Shown: positions 1 to 10,896, numbered from the stretch's first letter. The stretch is DNA of 64,000 bases from an uncultured Rickettsiales bacterium (GCA_964467255.1 CAYXPR010000007.1:320-64319); one strand, 5' to 3'. Numbers and translations: made by a program. The notes: generated from the letters alone by a model not told the origin.

Positions 1-53
1 CGCAGCTTCTCCCAGTATCCAATCACGCGGGAAGAAAGCCGCTTCTCGTTCAT
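1..53 (-). CDS. 5' end of an unidentified leftward gene that runs off the window
   Basis: ATG at 53..51 (minus) opens MNEKRLSSRVIGYWEKL with no stop before position 1. Only 17 codons are visible, so no function can be assigned. Confidence 0.25.
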   Translation of the reverse strand, partial: MNEKRLSSRVIGYWEKL

Positions 54-184
54 GTTGTCCGTCACGTAAACCTCGCCCCTTTTAAGCACCTTTAGATGCC
101 TATAACTTAAGGTATAAATCGTTGCAAGAATACAATAAATGGTTCATGATAAACAGCAATTTTTTCAAAACAACAGCACCTTAG

Positions 185-1531
<1,347 letters not shown>

Positions 1532-1553
1532 CCGCCTGCTTACGCGCAGGAAG

Positions 1554-3935
1554 ATGGAACAGTTGTTGCTGCAAAACACGGAAGCACTGATGCTGGCGGC
1601 GGGCGCGGCAAGCGTCGCGCTGCTTGTACTGTTCTGCCTGTTTGTGTTTGTACTGCTGCCACGCCGTGCGCAAAATGATGGCGATGCCACGCTGCTTGCT
1701 AGCCTTCAGCACACCGCGTTTTATTATAAGGATGTGTCACAGGCAGAGGCCATCACCTCGCCTGCGCTCACAACATTGCTTGGGCTTAGCGCGCGTGTAA
1801 GCACTGTTGAGCAGATTGCTTCTGCATTGGAAGAAGTGAGTGCCGCCAAATTGACTTCCGCATTGCAGGAACTAAAGGACGGCAAAAATAACACCGCTTT
1901 AAGCCTTCTCACAAAAACAGGGAATGCTATTTCCGCTCACATTACGGCAATGAATGGGAACGATGGCGAGATGCATACCATGATGCTGAGCTTTCATCCC
2001 TTCGCACCGCTGCCAGCGCCTGCGGTTGAAAATAATATCTCCGTTCCAGCCGTACCCGAAAACAGCGCTTCGGTGATTTTAGATAACGCGCCCTACCCCA
2101 TCTGGCGGCGCGATGCAGAGCTCCGCATTCGCTTTGTGAATGCAGAATATCTAAAAATCATCAACAAGCCGCTCGGCTATGTAGCGGACGAAAAGGGCAT
2201 TGAGGAACTGACTGCGCGTGCCAAAGACTTGGCACAAAAAGTAGTGGCCGCTGCTGCGCCACAAAGTGAAAAACACCATGTGATTGTGAATGGCGAGCGC
2301 CGCCTGCATCTGCTGACGGAAGTGCCCTTGCCTAATGGCGAAGGCACGGCTGGTTTTGCATTCGACATCACTGCGCAGGGCGAACTGGAAAAAGATTTAC
2401 AGACGCACATCCAGGCGCAGTCAAACCTGCTGGAAAGCTCGCGCAATGCCGCCGCGATTTATGGCACCGACAAGCGCTTGAAGTTTTATAACAATGCATT
2501 CCTTTCGCTGTGGAAGCTGGATGAAAAGGACTTAAAGAACGAGCCGACTTACGGCGAAGTGTTGGAGCAGCTGCGCCAACGCCGCTTGCTGCCCGAGCAG
2601 GTGGATTTCAAAGCCTTCCGCACGAACCAGATGGAAAAATTTACCAACCTGCGGGAGGCGCAGGAAGAAATTATGTACCTGCCGAACGGCATGGTGGTGC
2701 GTGAAATCGCGATTCCGTATTCGCTGGGCGGGCTACTATTTTCGTATGAAGATTTAACCGAACGCATCACGCTCGAGCAAAAATACAATACGCTGATTGC
2801 CGTGAAGCGCGCCACCATTGATAACCTGTATGAAGGCATTTGCGTGTTCGGCGAAGATGGACGTCTGCAACTGCACAACCCCTCTTATGCCACCATGTGG
2901 CAGCTTGACCCCGAGGTGCTGGCGGGCATGCCGCATATGTCAGACATTTTGGAAAGAACCAAGCGCCTGTATGAATATAACAAAGACTGGGAAAGCTTTA
3001 AGCAGAAGATGGTGAGCCACATTGTGGCACGCACGCCGCACACACAAAATCTTGAGCGCACCGACGGACTGGTGCTGGCATGGAACTGCGTGCCCCTACC
3101 CGATGGCGGCAAGCTACTTACCTATCAGGATATGACCGACTCCACGCTGGTGGAACGTTCGCTACGCGCTGAAAAAGAAGCGCTTAAAGAAGCGGATAAC
3201 TTAAAGAGTAACTTCCTCAATAACGTGTCGTATGAATTGCGCTCGCCGCTTACGTCCATCAAAGGCTTTTCGGAAGTACTGTTAAAGGGTTATTTCGGCG
3301 ACCTGAATGACAAGCAGAAAGACTATATCGAAGGCATTCACAATTCATCCGTGCAGCTGGCCGCGCTGATTAACGACATCCTCGACATCGCGACGATTGA
3401 CGCCGGTTACATGACGCTGGATGTAAAAGAGTTCGACCTGCATATGGCAGTGGATAGTATTCTGCCTTACTTGAAGGCTCGTGCAGAAGAAAATGGCCTC
3501 AAGTTCCACTTCGATTGCCAAAAGAATATCGGTAAAATTTTGGGCGATGAAAAGCGTATCAAGCAGGTGATTTCAAACCTACTGAACAACGCCATCCGCT
3601 TTACGAACAAGGATGATAGCGTGAGCCTTAGTATTTTAGAACAGAAGGATGATATTGTTATCACCGTGGCAGACACAGGCCGCGGCATTCCACCCATGGA
3701 GCAGAAAAATATCTTCGAGAAATTCTACAAAGCTTCGCAAGGCGCGCGCGACGGTAAATACACCGGCAACGCCCTCGCCCTACCCGTGGTAAAAAGCTTT
3801 ATCGAACTGCACGGCGGCACGATTGAAATGCAGTCGGAAGAAGGCAAAGGCACCACCATCACCTGCCGCTTGAAACGCCGCAACCGCGACCTACTGAACC
3901 CCAGCCGCGAAAAACAAAAAACTGAAACCGTTTAA
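1554..3935 (+). CDS. divL: DivL-like membrane PAS sensor kinase with Tyr in place of the phospho-accepting His
   Basis: Track ORF 1491..3935. ATG 1554 follows AGGAAG and precedes a TM helix (AAGAASVALLVLFCLFVFVLLP), then PAS-like repeats. The H-box reads VSYELRSPL (TAT at 3231..3233) instead of SHELRTPL. N box LLNNAIRFT, G1 DTGRGI, degenerate G2 GNALAL. Confidence 0.7.
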   Translation: MEQLLLQNTEALMLAAGAASVALLVLFCLFVFVLLPRRAQNDGDATLLASLQHTAFYYKDVSQAEAITSPALTTLLGLSARVSTVEQIASALEEVSAAKLTSALQELKDGKNNTALSLLTKTGNAISAHITAMNGNDGEMHTMMLSFHPFAPLPAPAVENNISVPAVPENSASVILDNAPYPIWRRDAELRIRFVNAEYLKIINKPLGYVADEKGIEELTARAKDLAQKVVAAAAPQSEKHHVIVNGERRLHLLTEVPLPNGEGTAGFAFDITAQGELEKDLQTHIQAQSNLLESSRNAAAIYGTDKRLKFYNNAFLSLWKLDEKDLKNEPTYGEVLEQLRQRRLLPEQVDFKAFRTNQMEKFTNLREAQEEIMYLPNGMVVREIAIPYSLGGLLFSYEDLTERITLEQKYNTLIAVKRATIDNLYEGICVFGEDGRLQLHNPSYATMWQLDPEVLAGMPHMSDILERTKRLYEYNKDWESFKQKMVSHIVARTPHTQNLERTDGLVLAWNCVPLPDGGKLLTYQDMTDSTLVERSLRAEKEALKEADNLKSNFLNNVSYELRSPLTSIKGFSEVLLKGYFGDLNDKQKDYIEGIHNSSVQLAALINDILDIATIDAGYMTLDVKEFDLHMAVDSILPYLKARAEENGLKFHFDCQKNIGKILGDEKRIKQVISNLLNNAIRFTNKDDSVSLSILEQKDDIVITVADTGRGIPPMEQKNIFEKFYKASQGARDGKYTGNALALPVVKSFIELHGGTIEMQSEEGKGTTITCRLKRRNRDLLNPSREKQKTETV

Positions 3936-3944
3936 TCTGGATTT

Positions 3945-4415
3945 ATGCCCTCCCTCACCCTTCATTTAAAGAATGCAGATGCCACCAAAAAGTTGGGAGC
4001 AGCCCTTGCAAACCGTGCGCGGTCTGGAGATGTGTTTTTGCTGGAGGGTAATCTTGGTAGCGGCAAAACAACCTTGGCGCAGGGCTTTATCCACTCACTT
4101 ATCGGACAGGATACAGAAGTCAGCAGCCCAACATTTAATCTGGTACACCAGTATGACGGCAACCTCTGCCCCATCTGGCACTTTGATTTATACCGTATCG
4201 AAAAAAAGCAGGACTTGCCAGAGCTGGGACTGGAAGACGCCTTGCAATCAGGCATATGCCTGATAGAGTGGCCGGAAATTGCCGCATCGCTGCTGCCGAA
4301 AGACACGCTGCACGTAAAACTTGCACCGGAGGCAGATGGCCGCACCGCAATTATTACACCGCAGGGCGCGTGGATACAAAGACTGGATAACGCATGGTTC
4401 AAAACACTGATATGA
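3945..4415 (+). CDS. tsaE: tRNA t6A37 biosynthesis ATPase TsaE
   Basis: 156 aa with P-loop GNLGSGKTTLAQGF and the HFDLYR motif typical of TsaE/YjeE. Confidence 0.9.
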   Translation: MPSLTLHLKNADATKKLGAALANRARSGDVFLLEGNLGSGKTTLAQGFIHSLIGQDTEVSSPTFNLVHQYDGNLCPIWHFDLYRIEKKQDLPELGLEDALQSGICLIEWPEIAASLLPKDTLHVKLAPEADGRTAIITPQGAWIQRLDNAWFKTLI

Positions 4416-5428
4416 CACGCGCAACAAGCAGCACTGAAAATCGTGATACGCTGATTGACGGTTTCCTTTCCAAAAATGGATTCAAGAACGCCGAGCGCCA
4501 AAAGCTGCCCAGTGATGCGTCATTCCGTCGTTATGAACGCATCGTCCATGCTGGAAAAACCTACATGCTGATGGATGCGCCGCCACCCAAAGAAGATGTG
4601 CGCCCCTTTATCCATATCGCCAAACACTTAAAGGCACATGGCTTTAGTGCCCCCACTATTGTAGCGGAAGACACTGCGCAGGGATTTCTGCTGCTGGAAG
4701 ACCTGGGAAACGAAAGTTACACCAAACTGCTGCAAGCGAGTGCAGATCTAGAAGAAACACTTTATCGCCATGCCATTGAGGCCTTGGTTGCGCTGCACGC
4801 ACTGCCTCTGCCCCAGCCGCTTGCCCCTTATAATGCTGAAAAGCTGCTGCAGGAAGTGATGCTGCTGCCGGAATGGCTACTGCCACTGATTGATAAAAGC
4901 AAGGCAACGCTGGAAGCTACAGAGAGCTATAAGGCCATCTGGCAACCGCTGATTCCAAAAATGCTGGCTGAAAAACCGATATTGGTGCTGCGCGATTACC
5001 ATGCAGATAACCTAATGTGGCTACCGGAGCGTCAGGGCAACAAAAAGGTTGGGATGCTGGATTTTCAGGATGCACTGGCAGGCCATACGGCTTATGACCT
5101 TGTTTCGCTGCTGGAAGATGCGCGGCGCGATGTGCCCCGCCCCCTCGCTGAAAAAATGATACAGCATTACCTTTCGCTGATGCCGAACACCGATGAAAAA
5201 TCTTTCCGCACCGCTTATGCCCTGCTGGGCGCACAACGGAATTGTAAAATCCTTGGTATCTTTGCACGCCTGTATGTGCGCGACGGCAAAGCGCATTATT
5301 TGAAATATCTGCCCCGTGTATGGGCGCATGTGGAACATGATTTACAGCACCCTGCACTGGTCGAACTAAAAGCGTGGCTTGAACGTTACTTCAGCCCAGA
5401 GGTGCGCCGCACCGCGCCGAAAGTATAG
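4412..5428 (+). CDS. amgK: Aminoglycoside-phosphotransferase-fold kinase, AmgK-like (anomeric MurNAc/GlcNAc kinase)
   Basis: APH-fold ORF (DYHADNLMW catalytic-loop motif, MLDFQDA). ATG 4412 overlaps the tsaE stop as ATGA; alternative start at 4394. It is paired with a MurU-like nucleotidyltransferase downstream. Confidence 0.6.
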   Translation: MTRATSSTENRDTLIDGFLSKNGFKNAERQKLPSDASFRRYERIVHAGKTYMLMDAPPPKEDVRPFIHIAKHLKAHGFSAPTIVAEDTAQGFLLLEDLGNESYTKLLQASADLEETLYRHAIEALVALHALPLPQPLAPYNAEKLLQEVMLLPEWLLPLIDKSKATLEATESYKAIWQPLIPKMLAEKPILVLRDYHADNLMWLPERQGNKKVGMLDFQDALAGHTAYDLVSLLEDARRDVPRPLAEKMIQHYLSLMPNTDEKSFRTAYALLGAQRNCKILGIFARLYVRDGKAHYLKYLPRVWAHVEHDLQHPALVELKAWLERYFSPEVRRTAPKV

Positions 5429-5433
5429 TCCCC

Positions 5434-6207
5434 ATGAATGCAAAAGCCGCGTATACGATGCCTAAATCTGCCATGGTATTTACCGCTGGCCTTGGCAAGC
5501 GCATGCAGCCCTTAACCGCGCATACACCCAAGCCGCTCATTCCGGTTATGGGCAAGCCAATGGTGGAATATATGTTCGATAAGCTGGCCACAGCGGGGGT
5601 AAAAAATGTGGTGGCAAACACGCACCACCTTGCCCCGCAGATGAGTGAATACTTACGGAGTTATCGCCGCCTTAATATTAAAATTACGCATGAACCGGTG
5701 CTGCTCGAGACGGGTGGTGGATTGGTGAATGCATTGCCCCTGCTCGGCAGCAACGACCCGTTTTTTGTGATTAATGGTGACATCATCTGCATGGATGGAG
5801 AGGCTGGCCCGTTTTTAAACCGCCTCGCCCGCCTGTGGCGCCCAAATATGGATGCATTGCTGCTGATGAAGCGCGTGGAAGACAAAGACTGCATCGGCTA
5901 TGACGGCAAAGGAGACTTTGACATCAGCTACCAACAACAGCTGATGAAGAAACCTGCCGACCACCATGCCCTTGTGTATACAGGTATTCAGATTTTCCAC
6001 CCCCGGTTGCTCGAAAAAATGGAAGCAGAGCCTTTCTCGATTAGCTGGATTTATTCCAAGTCCATCCAGAAGGATGGCACACTAAAGAACATCTACGGCG
6101 TGGTGCATGACGGCGCATGGCTGCATATCGGTACGCCAGAAGCGATTCCGCTGGCCGAAACCTTCCTGCAAAAAAACAACCGGCAGGATTCCTCCGCCGG
6201 TTGGTAA
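5434..6207 (+). CDS. murU: Sugar-1-phosphate nucleotidyltransferase, MurU-like
   Basis: 257 aa with N-terminal FTAGLGKRMQPLTAHTPKPL nucleotidyltransferase signature. It directly follows the AmgK-like kinase. Alternative start at 5458. Confidence 0.6.
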   Translation: MNAKAAYTMPKSAMVFTAGLGKRMQPLTAHTPKPLIPVMGKPMVEYMFDKLATAGVKNVVANTHHLAPQMSEYLRSYRRLNIKITHEPVLLETGGGLVNALPLLGSNDPFFVINGDIICMDGEAGPFLNRLARLWRPNMDALLLMKRVEDKDCIGYDGKGDFDISYQQQLMKKPADHHALVYTGIQIFHPRLLEKMEAEPFSISWIYSKSIQKDGTLKNIYGVVHDGAWLHIGTPEAIPLAETFLQKNNRQDSSAGW

Positions 6208-6228
6208 TTTCATAATATCATTTCTTAA

Positions 6229-9200
6229 TTAGGGGCCTACTGGCTCTTTAAGCGGCGTACAACCCGTCGGATAGTCAATCGGCGGAGTCGCATTTGGGTC
6301 AGGAATCGGGTTTGGCACTGTCCACGTCGATATTAACTGGCCAAGTACGTTGTATGACGTACCACATTCATCGCGCAGACCGACACGGGGACCACAGTTG
6401 TTACCACAGCGATTATACTCAGCCTGAGCTTGTGATGTTGCTGTCGTGTGATCCGAGCCAGAGTTTCTAGCTTCAGTATACTTTGTATTCGCAAACTGCT
6501 GGCAGTTCACACACCCTGCATCAAATGTACATTCCGCTGGCGGAGAGGTTGCGGGCTCGGCGCAACAACCACCCCCTACAGAATAGTTTGGCGGATCTGA
6601 TGCTGCTCTGCAGCCAACCCATGTGCTGTTCGCCTGACTTGCACAGGTACCTTGATTGCCATAATCAATAAAGTCGCCCATGTCCCTGATACAGTTATAG
6701 TACACGTTGTTTGATTTTTCTTGGCATGTGCAGCCACCACCGCCGGAACTACCGCCGGAGCCGCCACCAGAACCACCGCCAGAGCCACCACCGGAACCGC
6801 CGCCAGAGCCACCACCGGAACCACCGCCAGAGCCACCACCGGAACCACCGCCAGAGCCACCACCAGAGCCACCACCGGAGCCGCCGCCAGAACCACCGCC
6901 AGAACCGCCACCAGAGCCACCACCCGAACCACCGCCAGAACCGCCACCCGAACCACCGCCGGAGCCGCCACCAGAACCACCGCCGGAGCCGCCACCAGAA
7001 CCACCGCCGGAGCCGCCACCGGAACCAGAACCAAAACCAGATGAGGAACCGCTACTTGGGTCTGGCGGCAAGTTCATTGCAGATGCTGCGGGAAGCAGAT
7101 TGCTGGCGGTTGTGCCAGGTATACGTTCATTACCACCACGCAATGCTTCCGGCGGCTCGCACATACCGGCTGCTGTTTTTAAGAACGTCATAACATCGTC
7201 AAAACGATACGTACCAATATTCATTGTTTCGATCGGATTGGCCGCCGTGTCTTTTGTAATTGGCTGAGGCGGTTTGCACGCGTAGGTAATATGGCCAGCA
7301 GCAGAACCTGCACCAGGGGCTGGAAGGAGGTTTAGGTAATTGCGGTAATACACACCGTCAATCTGCACGATTTTATTTTTGTGCTGGTCGGAATTATTGC
7401 TATCCAAACTTGGACGATAAACCTTTATGCGGCGCCAGTTTTTCTCCGAACAAACGCGTGCATCAGGGTCGCGGCAGTCTGGGTATGAACCGCCTTCGTG
7501 GATCGTACGTTTAGTAACCCTGTTCCACCTATCCGTATTGCCGCAAATGTCCTGGTTCTTGCCCCAGTTCGATTCACTGACTCGAACAAACTTCTCGCCT
7601 TTTTGGAATTTGCATGGCTCGTTAGGATCGTAGCCATTAAAGTCGTCCCCCGGGTCATTCGGAACAAAATTTCTTATCGTGCCGTAGGCGTAATAGCAAT
7701 CGGTTCCAGGCGGAACAGGCGATTGGTTACATGCAGGTTTTACCCATTTTTCGGGCTGCTTGGCATCCATCTTCAGGTTTTCGAACTGCGTGGTGCTCGT
7801 TGCCCTGTTGCGGGAATATGTCAGACTGTAAGGATTGCCAGGGTTATATCTTTCAAAGCCCACGCCCTCAACATATGCCATGTGTCTGCGGTAACGACCA
7901 TCCTTTGGTGAACCATCTGCGTTGCAACGTTCTTTACGCTCCTGCTCAGACATTGAGGGATTATCACACGCGTCTTGATGCGGCGTACCATCCCCATAGG
8001 TGGTGCCCGCTTGCAGAGCTTCGGTGATTGTTTCGTCCCATATCAGTAAGTCGCCTTTTTGCGCGCAGTCAAGGCCGCCAAATTTGCCCTGAATCGTGTA
8101 GTTCTGACCGGGTCTAAGCGTTCCGACTTCGTCATAATACTTACCAAATTCTATCGTGTTATTTGGTGCATAATATTCCCATAGGCGCGCTTTGACGTTA
8201 CCAGCATAGTTGATGCCGTCATTGGCAAAGTCGGGGCCCGCAAAACCACGCCACACAATCGGCCAAGGCAGCATGTCATAAATTGGCCTACCATCTCGGC
8301 CTGTTTTTACGGTGTTAAAGAACATGCCCCCACGAAGCATCGCATACCCTGTGGCGCTGCCGACCTTAAAGTTTTTGTTATAGTCGCAAATACAATTCAG
8401 GCCAAATTTGCGCATACAGCGCGCTTGGTAGAGCATCATTTCATACCAACCGCCAATCGCGCAACCACGAGGGCCAACAATGTTTTCTTTTTGACGTGCG
8501 GTGATAGCACTGTCCGAAGAAAACACGGTGCCGTCATAATTCGCACCCGTTACGGAGCGAGCAATAATCCCATAGGCTGTGTCGTAAACCTGAGCTGGCA
8601 CAGGGTTGTTAACAAATGTACCGTCCGCCAACCTTCTGGGTGTCGGCAATGGTACGTTTGGTGACATAAATGGTGCTTCCGTCCACTCATAGTGCATGTC
8701 ATAACGCTTGCCAGCTGGCGGTAATGGCAAATAGGCCAATAATTGAGGTTCCTCAAACATCCAGCGGAGATTATATTTTTTATCCAGACCTAATACCGGA
8801 CTTTCCAGTGCCAATTCATTCGGTGGAATAGTATGGCTAACGTCACGTTCGGAAATGGGGCACGCAAGGTCTCGTGCATTCCAGAAACATTTACGCCATG
8901 ACTCATAGTGCAGTTTGATATCCTTCTGTTTGCAATCCTCATATTCATCCATACCTTGGGTGCAAATATTGTCCTCGTAGCAACGGCAATAGAAGTTATA
9001 GCCTGTGCACACAAGGAAGGTTTGCGCAAAAATATAGTCAAAGCGCTCCATCCTGAAATTCAGAATGTCGATGTTTTTGTGAACGCGTTGCAGGTGGTCT
9101 TTCCACAGGTTGCAGCGTTCGTCGTAACAAAAGAATTGGGCAACGTCGCGGCCTGCCCACGGTGCACTTAAATCATTGGGGTAATCTACCGCAGGACGTG

Positions 9201-10896
9201 GGCTATATGGATGACAGATTTCGCGGATACGTTCGACTGTTTTAAGGTTGGTCGGGCCAAATGGATACCGCGCTTCACTCTCTGTTGGAGGCGTTGAGTC
9301 TTGTGGCACCCACGGCGCAAGGGTCGTTGAGTTTGCACTCTTAAAGAGCGGTACTTCAAAATCCAACGGGTTAATGTTAGACGGTGTGAATTGCGCAAAC
9401 CACGTGCCTGCATCATATGCGTCATTAAATACTTGCCCTGGATCGACAGGAACATCCGGCGGCTTATAGAAGCTTGTGGGTATCTTGGTCGCCTTTGAAG
9501 GAGTTCCCGGGCCATTATTATCCATCACCCAGTGACCATTTATGTTTTCCGGAACGTCTTCCTGGCAGAAACGGAGATAGTTATCGCAACCTTCCATATC
9601 TGGTCCACCGCAGTGCCTTGGACCGCCACTGCCGCCACCCTGTCCACAACGACTAACAGGCGAACCGTCGGTAAATTTACTGACCGTGCAACGCTGCATC
9701 TGAGGTTTACAATTTGGGTTCGCCTTGCATGGCGGAGGTTGAATCATGCGCCAATATGGCATTGGTGGATAATAGGGGAAGTAGTTCCCCTGCGCGTATT
9801 TTCGGTCATATGGTGCAGGCGTTCCATTTGCTGGGGCGCCAACACTAGGAGGATAACTACTCACGCAGCCTCTCATACCAAAATACATAGCATTGGTGGG
9901 GCGTGGGGCGTCCTCGTTTTCCGCATATTGAAACTTTAAATCTGGCGGGCGGGTTGGCGGCGGATTTAACAGCCGGTTCATGCATACTTTTTTCTCAACA
10001 TCAATAAAGCCCATTGTGTAGAAATTGATGGCATCCATCAGCTCACTCCGCATCGGCGTGCGCTGAATCAACTGACAGTCATTATAAGAAAGGTGTGTCG
10101 GCATATCCGGCATGGTGATTTGGCCGCAATCGCCGAGGAATGCCGCCTCCGATATATAAAGCTCTATACAGACTTTACGTTTATATTTTTGACCTGGTTG
10201 GCTAATAACATCTTGCAGGTGGCTTGGGTTGCCAACTGGGTCAAAGTTCTCTCTTAAGTACCAATTGGGGTTTTCCTTATCCGCCAGCGGCATATAGTGG
10301 TCGCTAGGGTTGATTAGCTTTACAATCTTACGCCCTTGCGGATCAGGAGGGCCACCGGGGGTTTCCGGCGTAGTGTCATTGTTGCGATACTCTCCGCCAG
10401 GCCTCAAAAAATATTTGCAAAATTCATCAACGTCGTCGATGTAGTCGTCCTTCGCGCAAGACTTTTTACCTGATTCCGTCAATTGCCCTGATACAAAGCT
10501 GTACCCTGCAGAACAGCTTGGATCAACGCGCAGAATCTGATCGTCCGGTATGCGCTTAAATTCGTACTCATCCTCACTTGGGTCACGCTTTTTGGTAAAA
10601 CGATATTCAGGGCGATAACAGCCCGTGATGTTTGGCCAATATTGCTCTAAGCCACCCTCGTAGAGCGGGCCTGAATATGATTTATCAAGACACTCCTGCT
10701 TGGTATCACCTTTTAAGTAAATGCATGGGTTAAGAAAATTAGAGTTTGCCGGCGGGGTGATACGATTCGGGATTTGGCACTGCGGTTCAGGGATATTTGC
10801 ATTGGCCGCATGGGGCTCTTTCGGCAACAAAACGAGCATAAGGGAAAGGGCTAATCCCCCCACTAATGCAGGTATCAGATGGCGTTTTTGTCGCAT
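6229..10896 (-). CDS. Giant secreted cysteine-rich protein of unknown family (1555 aa)
   Basis: One uninterrupted ORF. N-terminal signal peptide (MRQKRHLIPALVGGLALSLMLVLLPKEPHAANA) and no further TM segments. About 58 Cys by manual count; rich in P/Y/W/N/D/G. A 108-aa Gly/Ser tract is followed by a 167-aa C-terminal module with 14 Cys. I recognise no family. Confidence 0.85.
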   Translation of the reverse strand: MRQKRHLIPALVGGLALSLMLVLLPKEPHAANANIPEPQCQIPNRITPPANSNFLNPCIYLKGDTKQECLDKSYSGPLYEGGLEQYWPNITGCYRPEYRFTKKRDPSEDEYEFKRIPDDQILRVDPSCSAGYSFVSGQLTESGKKSCAKDDYIDDVDEFCKYFLRPGGEYRNNDTTPETPGGPPDPQGRKIVKLINPSDHYMPLADKENPNWYLRENFDPVGNPSHLQDVISQPGQKYKRKVCIELYISEAAFLGDCGQITMPDMPTHLSYNDCQLIQRTPMRSELMDAINFYTMGFIDVEKKVCMNRLLNPPPTRPPDLKFQYAENEDAPRPTNAMYFGMRGCVSSYPPSVGAPANGTPAPYDRKYAQGNYFPYYPPMPYWRMIQPPPCKANPNCKPQMQRCTVSKFTDGSPVSRCGQGGGSGGPRHCGGPDMEGCDNYLRFCQEDVPENINGHWVMDNNGPGTPSKATKIPTSFYKPPDVPVDPGQVFNDAYDAGTWFAQFTPSNINPLDFEVPLFKSANSTTLAPWVPQDSTPPTESEARYPFGPTNLKTVERIREICHPYSPRPAVDYPNDLSAPWAGRDVAQFFCYDERCNLWKDHLQRVHKNIDILNFRMERFDYIFAQTFLVCTGYNFYCRCYEDNICTQGMDEYEDCKQKDIKLHYESWRKCFWNARDLACPISERDVSHTIPPNELALESPVLGLDKKYNLRWMFEEPQLLAYLPLPPAGKRYDMHYEWTEAPFMSPNVPLPTPRRLADGTFVNNPVPAQVYDTAYGIIARSVTGANYDGTVFSSDSAITARQKENIVGPRGCAIGGWYEMMLYQARCMRKFGLNCICDYNKNFKVGSATGYAMLRGGMFFNTVKTGRDGRPIYDMLPWPIVWRGFAGPDFANDGINYAGNVKARLWEYYAPNNTIEFGKYYDEVGTLRPGQNYTIQGKFGGLDCAQKGDLLIWDETITEALQAGTTYGDGTPHQDACDNPSMSEQERKERCNADGSPKDGRYRRHMAYVEGVGFERYNPGNPYSLTYSRNRATSTTQFENLKMDAKQPEKWVKPACNQSPVPPGTDCYYAYGTIRNFVPNDPGDDFNGYDPNEPCKFQKGEKFVRVSESNWGKNQDICGNTDRWNRVTKRTIHEGGSYPDCRDPDARVCSEKNWRRIKVYRPSLDSNNSDQHKNKIVQIDGVYYRNYLNLLPAPGAGSAAGHITYACKPPQPITKDTAANPIETMNIGTYRFDDVMTFLKTAAGMCEPPEALRGGNERIPGTTASNLLPAASAMNLPPDPSSGSSSGFGSGSGGGSGGGSGGGSGGGSGGGSGGGSGGGSGGGSGGGSGGGSGGGSGGGSGGGSGGGSGGGSGGGSGGGSGGGSGGGSGGGSGGGSGGGSGGSSGGGGCTCQEKSNNVYYNCIRDMGDFIDYGNQGTCASQANSTWVGCRAASDPPNYSVGGGCCAEPATSPPAECTFDAGCVNCQQFANTKYTEARNSGSDHTTATSQAQAEYNRCGNNCGPRVGLRDECGTSYNVLGQLISTWTVPNPIPDPNATPPIDYPTGCTPLKEPVGP
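6733..7056 (-). repeat. In-frame tandem repeat encoding (GGGS)x22 within a 108-aa Gly/Ser tract
   Basis: 12-nt periodicity, core about 6758..7021. The unit count of 22 comes from ORF-length arithmetic in two frames. Units vary synonymously (Ser TCC/TCT/TCG, Gly GGT/GGC) while the peptide is perfect. Confidence 0.95.

Noticed and set aside
6733-7056. Possible CRISPR-like periodic array
   Set aside because: The period is 12 nt with no unique spacers, it is in frame within a CDS, and no cas genes are present.
6576-7267. ORFs reading (PPPE)n, (HHRN/HRQS)n, (ATTG/TTAR)n and a V/A-rich antisense frame over the Gly/Ser repeat (track ORFs 6707..7267, 6711..7193, 6721..7044, 6576..7034)
   Set aside because: All are alternative frames of the same 12-nt tandem repeat. 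The repeat lies inside the continuous 1555-aa minus-strand ORF, which has a signal peptide and coding sequence on both sides.
7860-8480. Possible papain-like (NlpC/P60 or CHAP) amidase module in the giant protein, based on GPRGCAIGGW (Cys codon 8461..8463), GDLLIW and RRHMAYVEG (His codon 7882..7884)
   Set aside because: The putative Cys and His are about 190 residues apart, far more than in known NlpC/P60 or CHAP domains, and I cannot align the rest. This is too weak without HHpred or a structure prediction.
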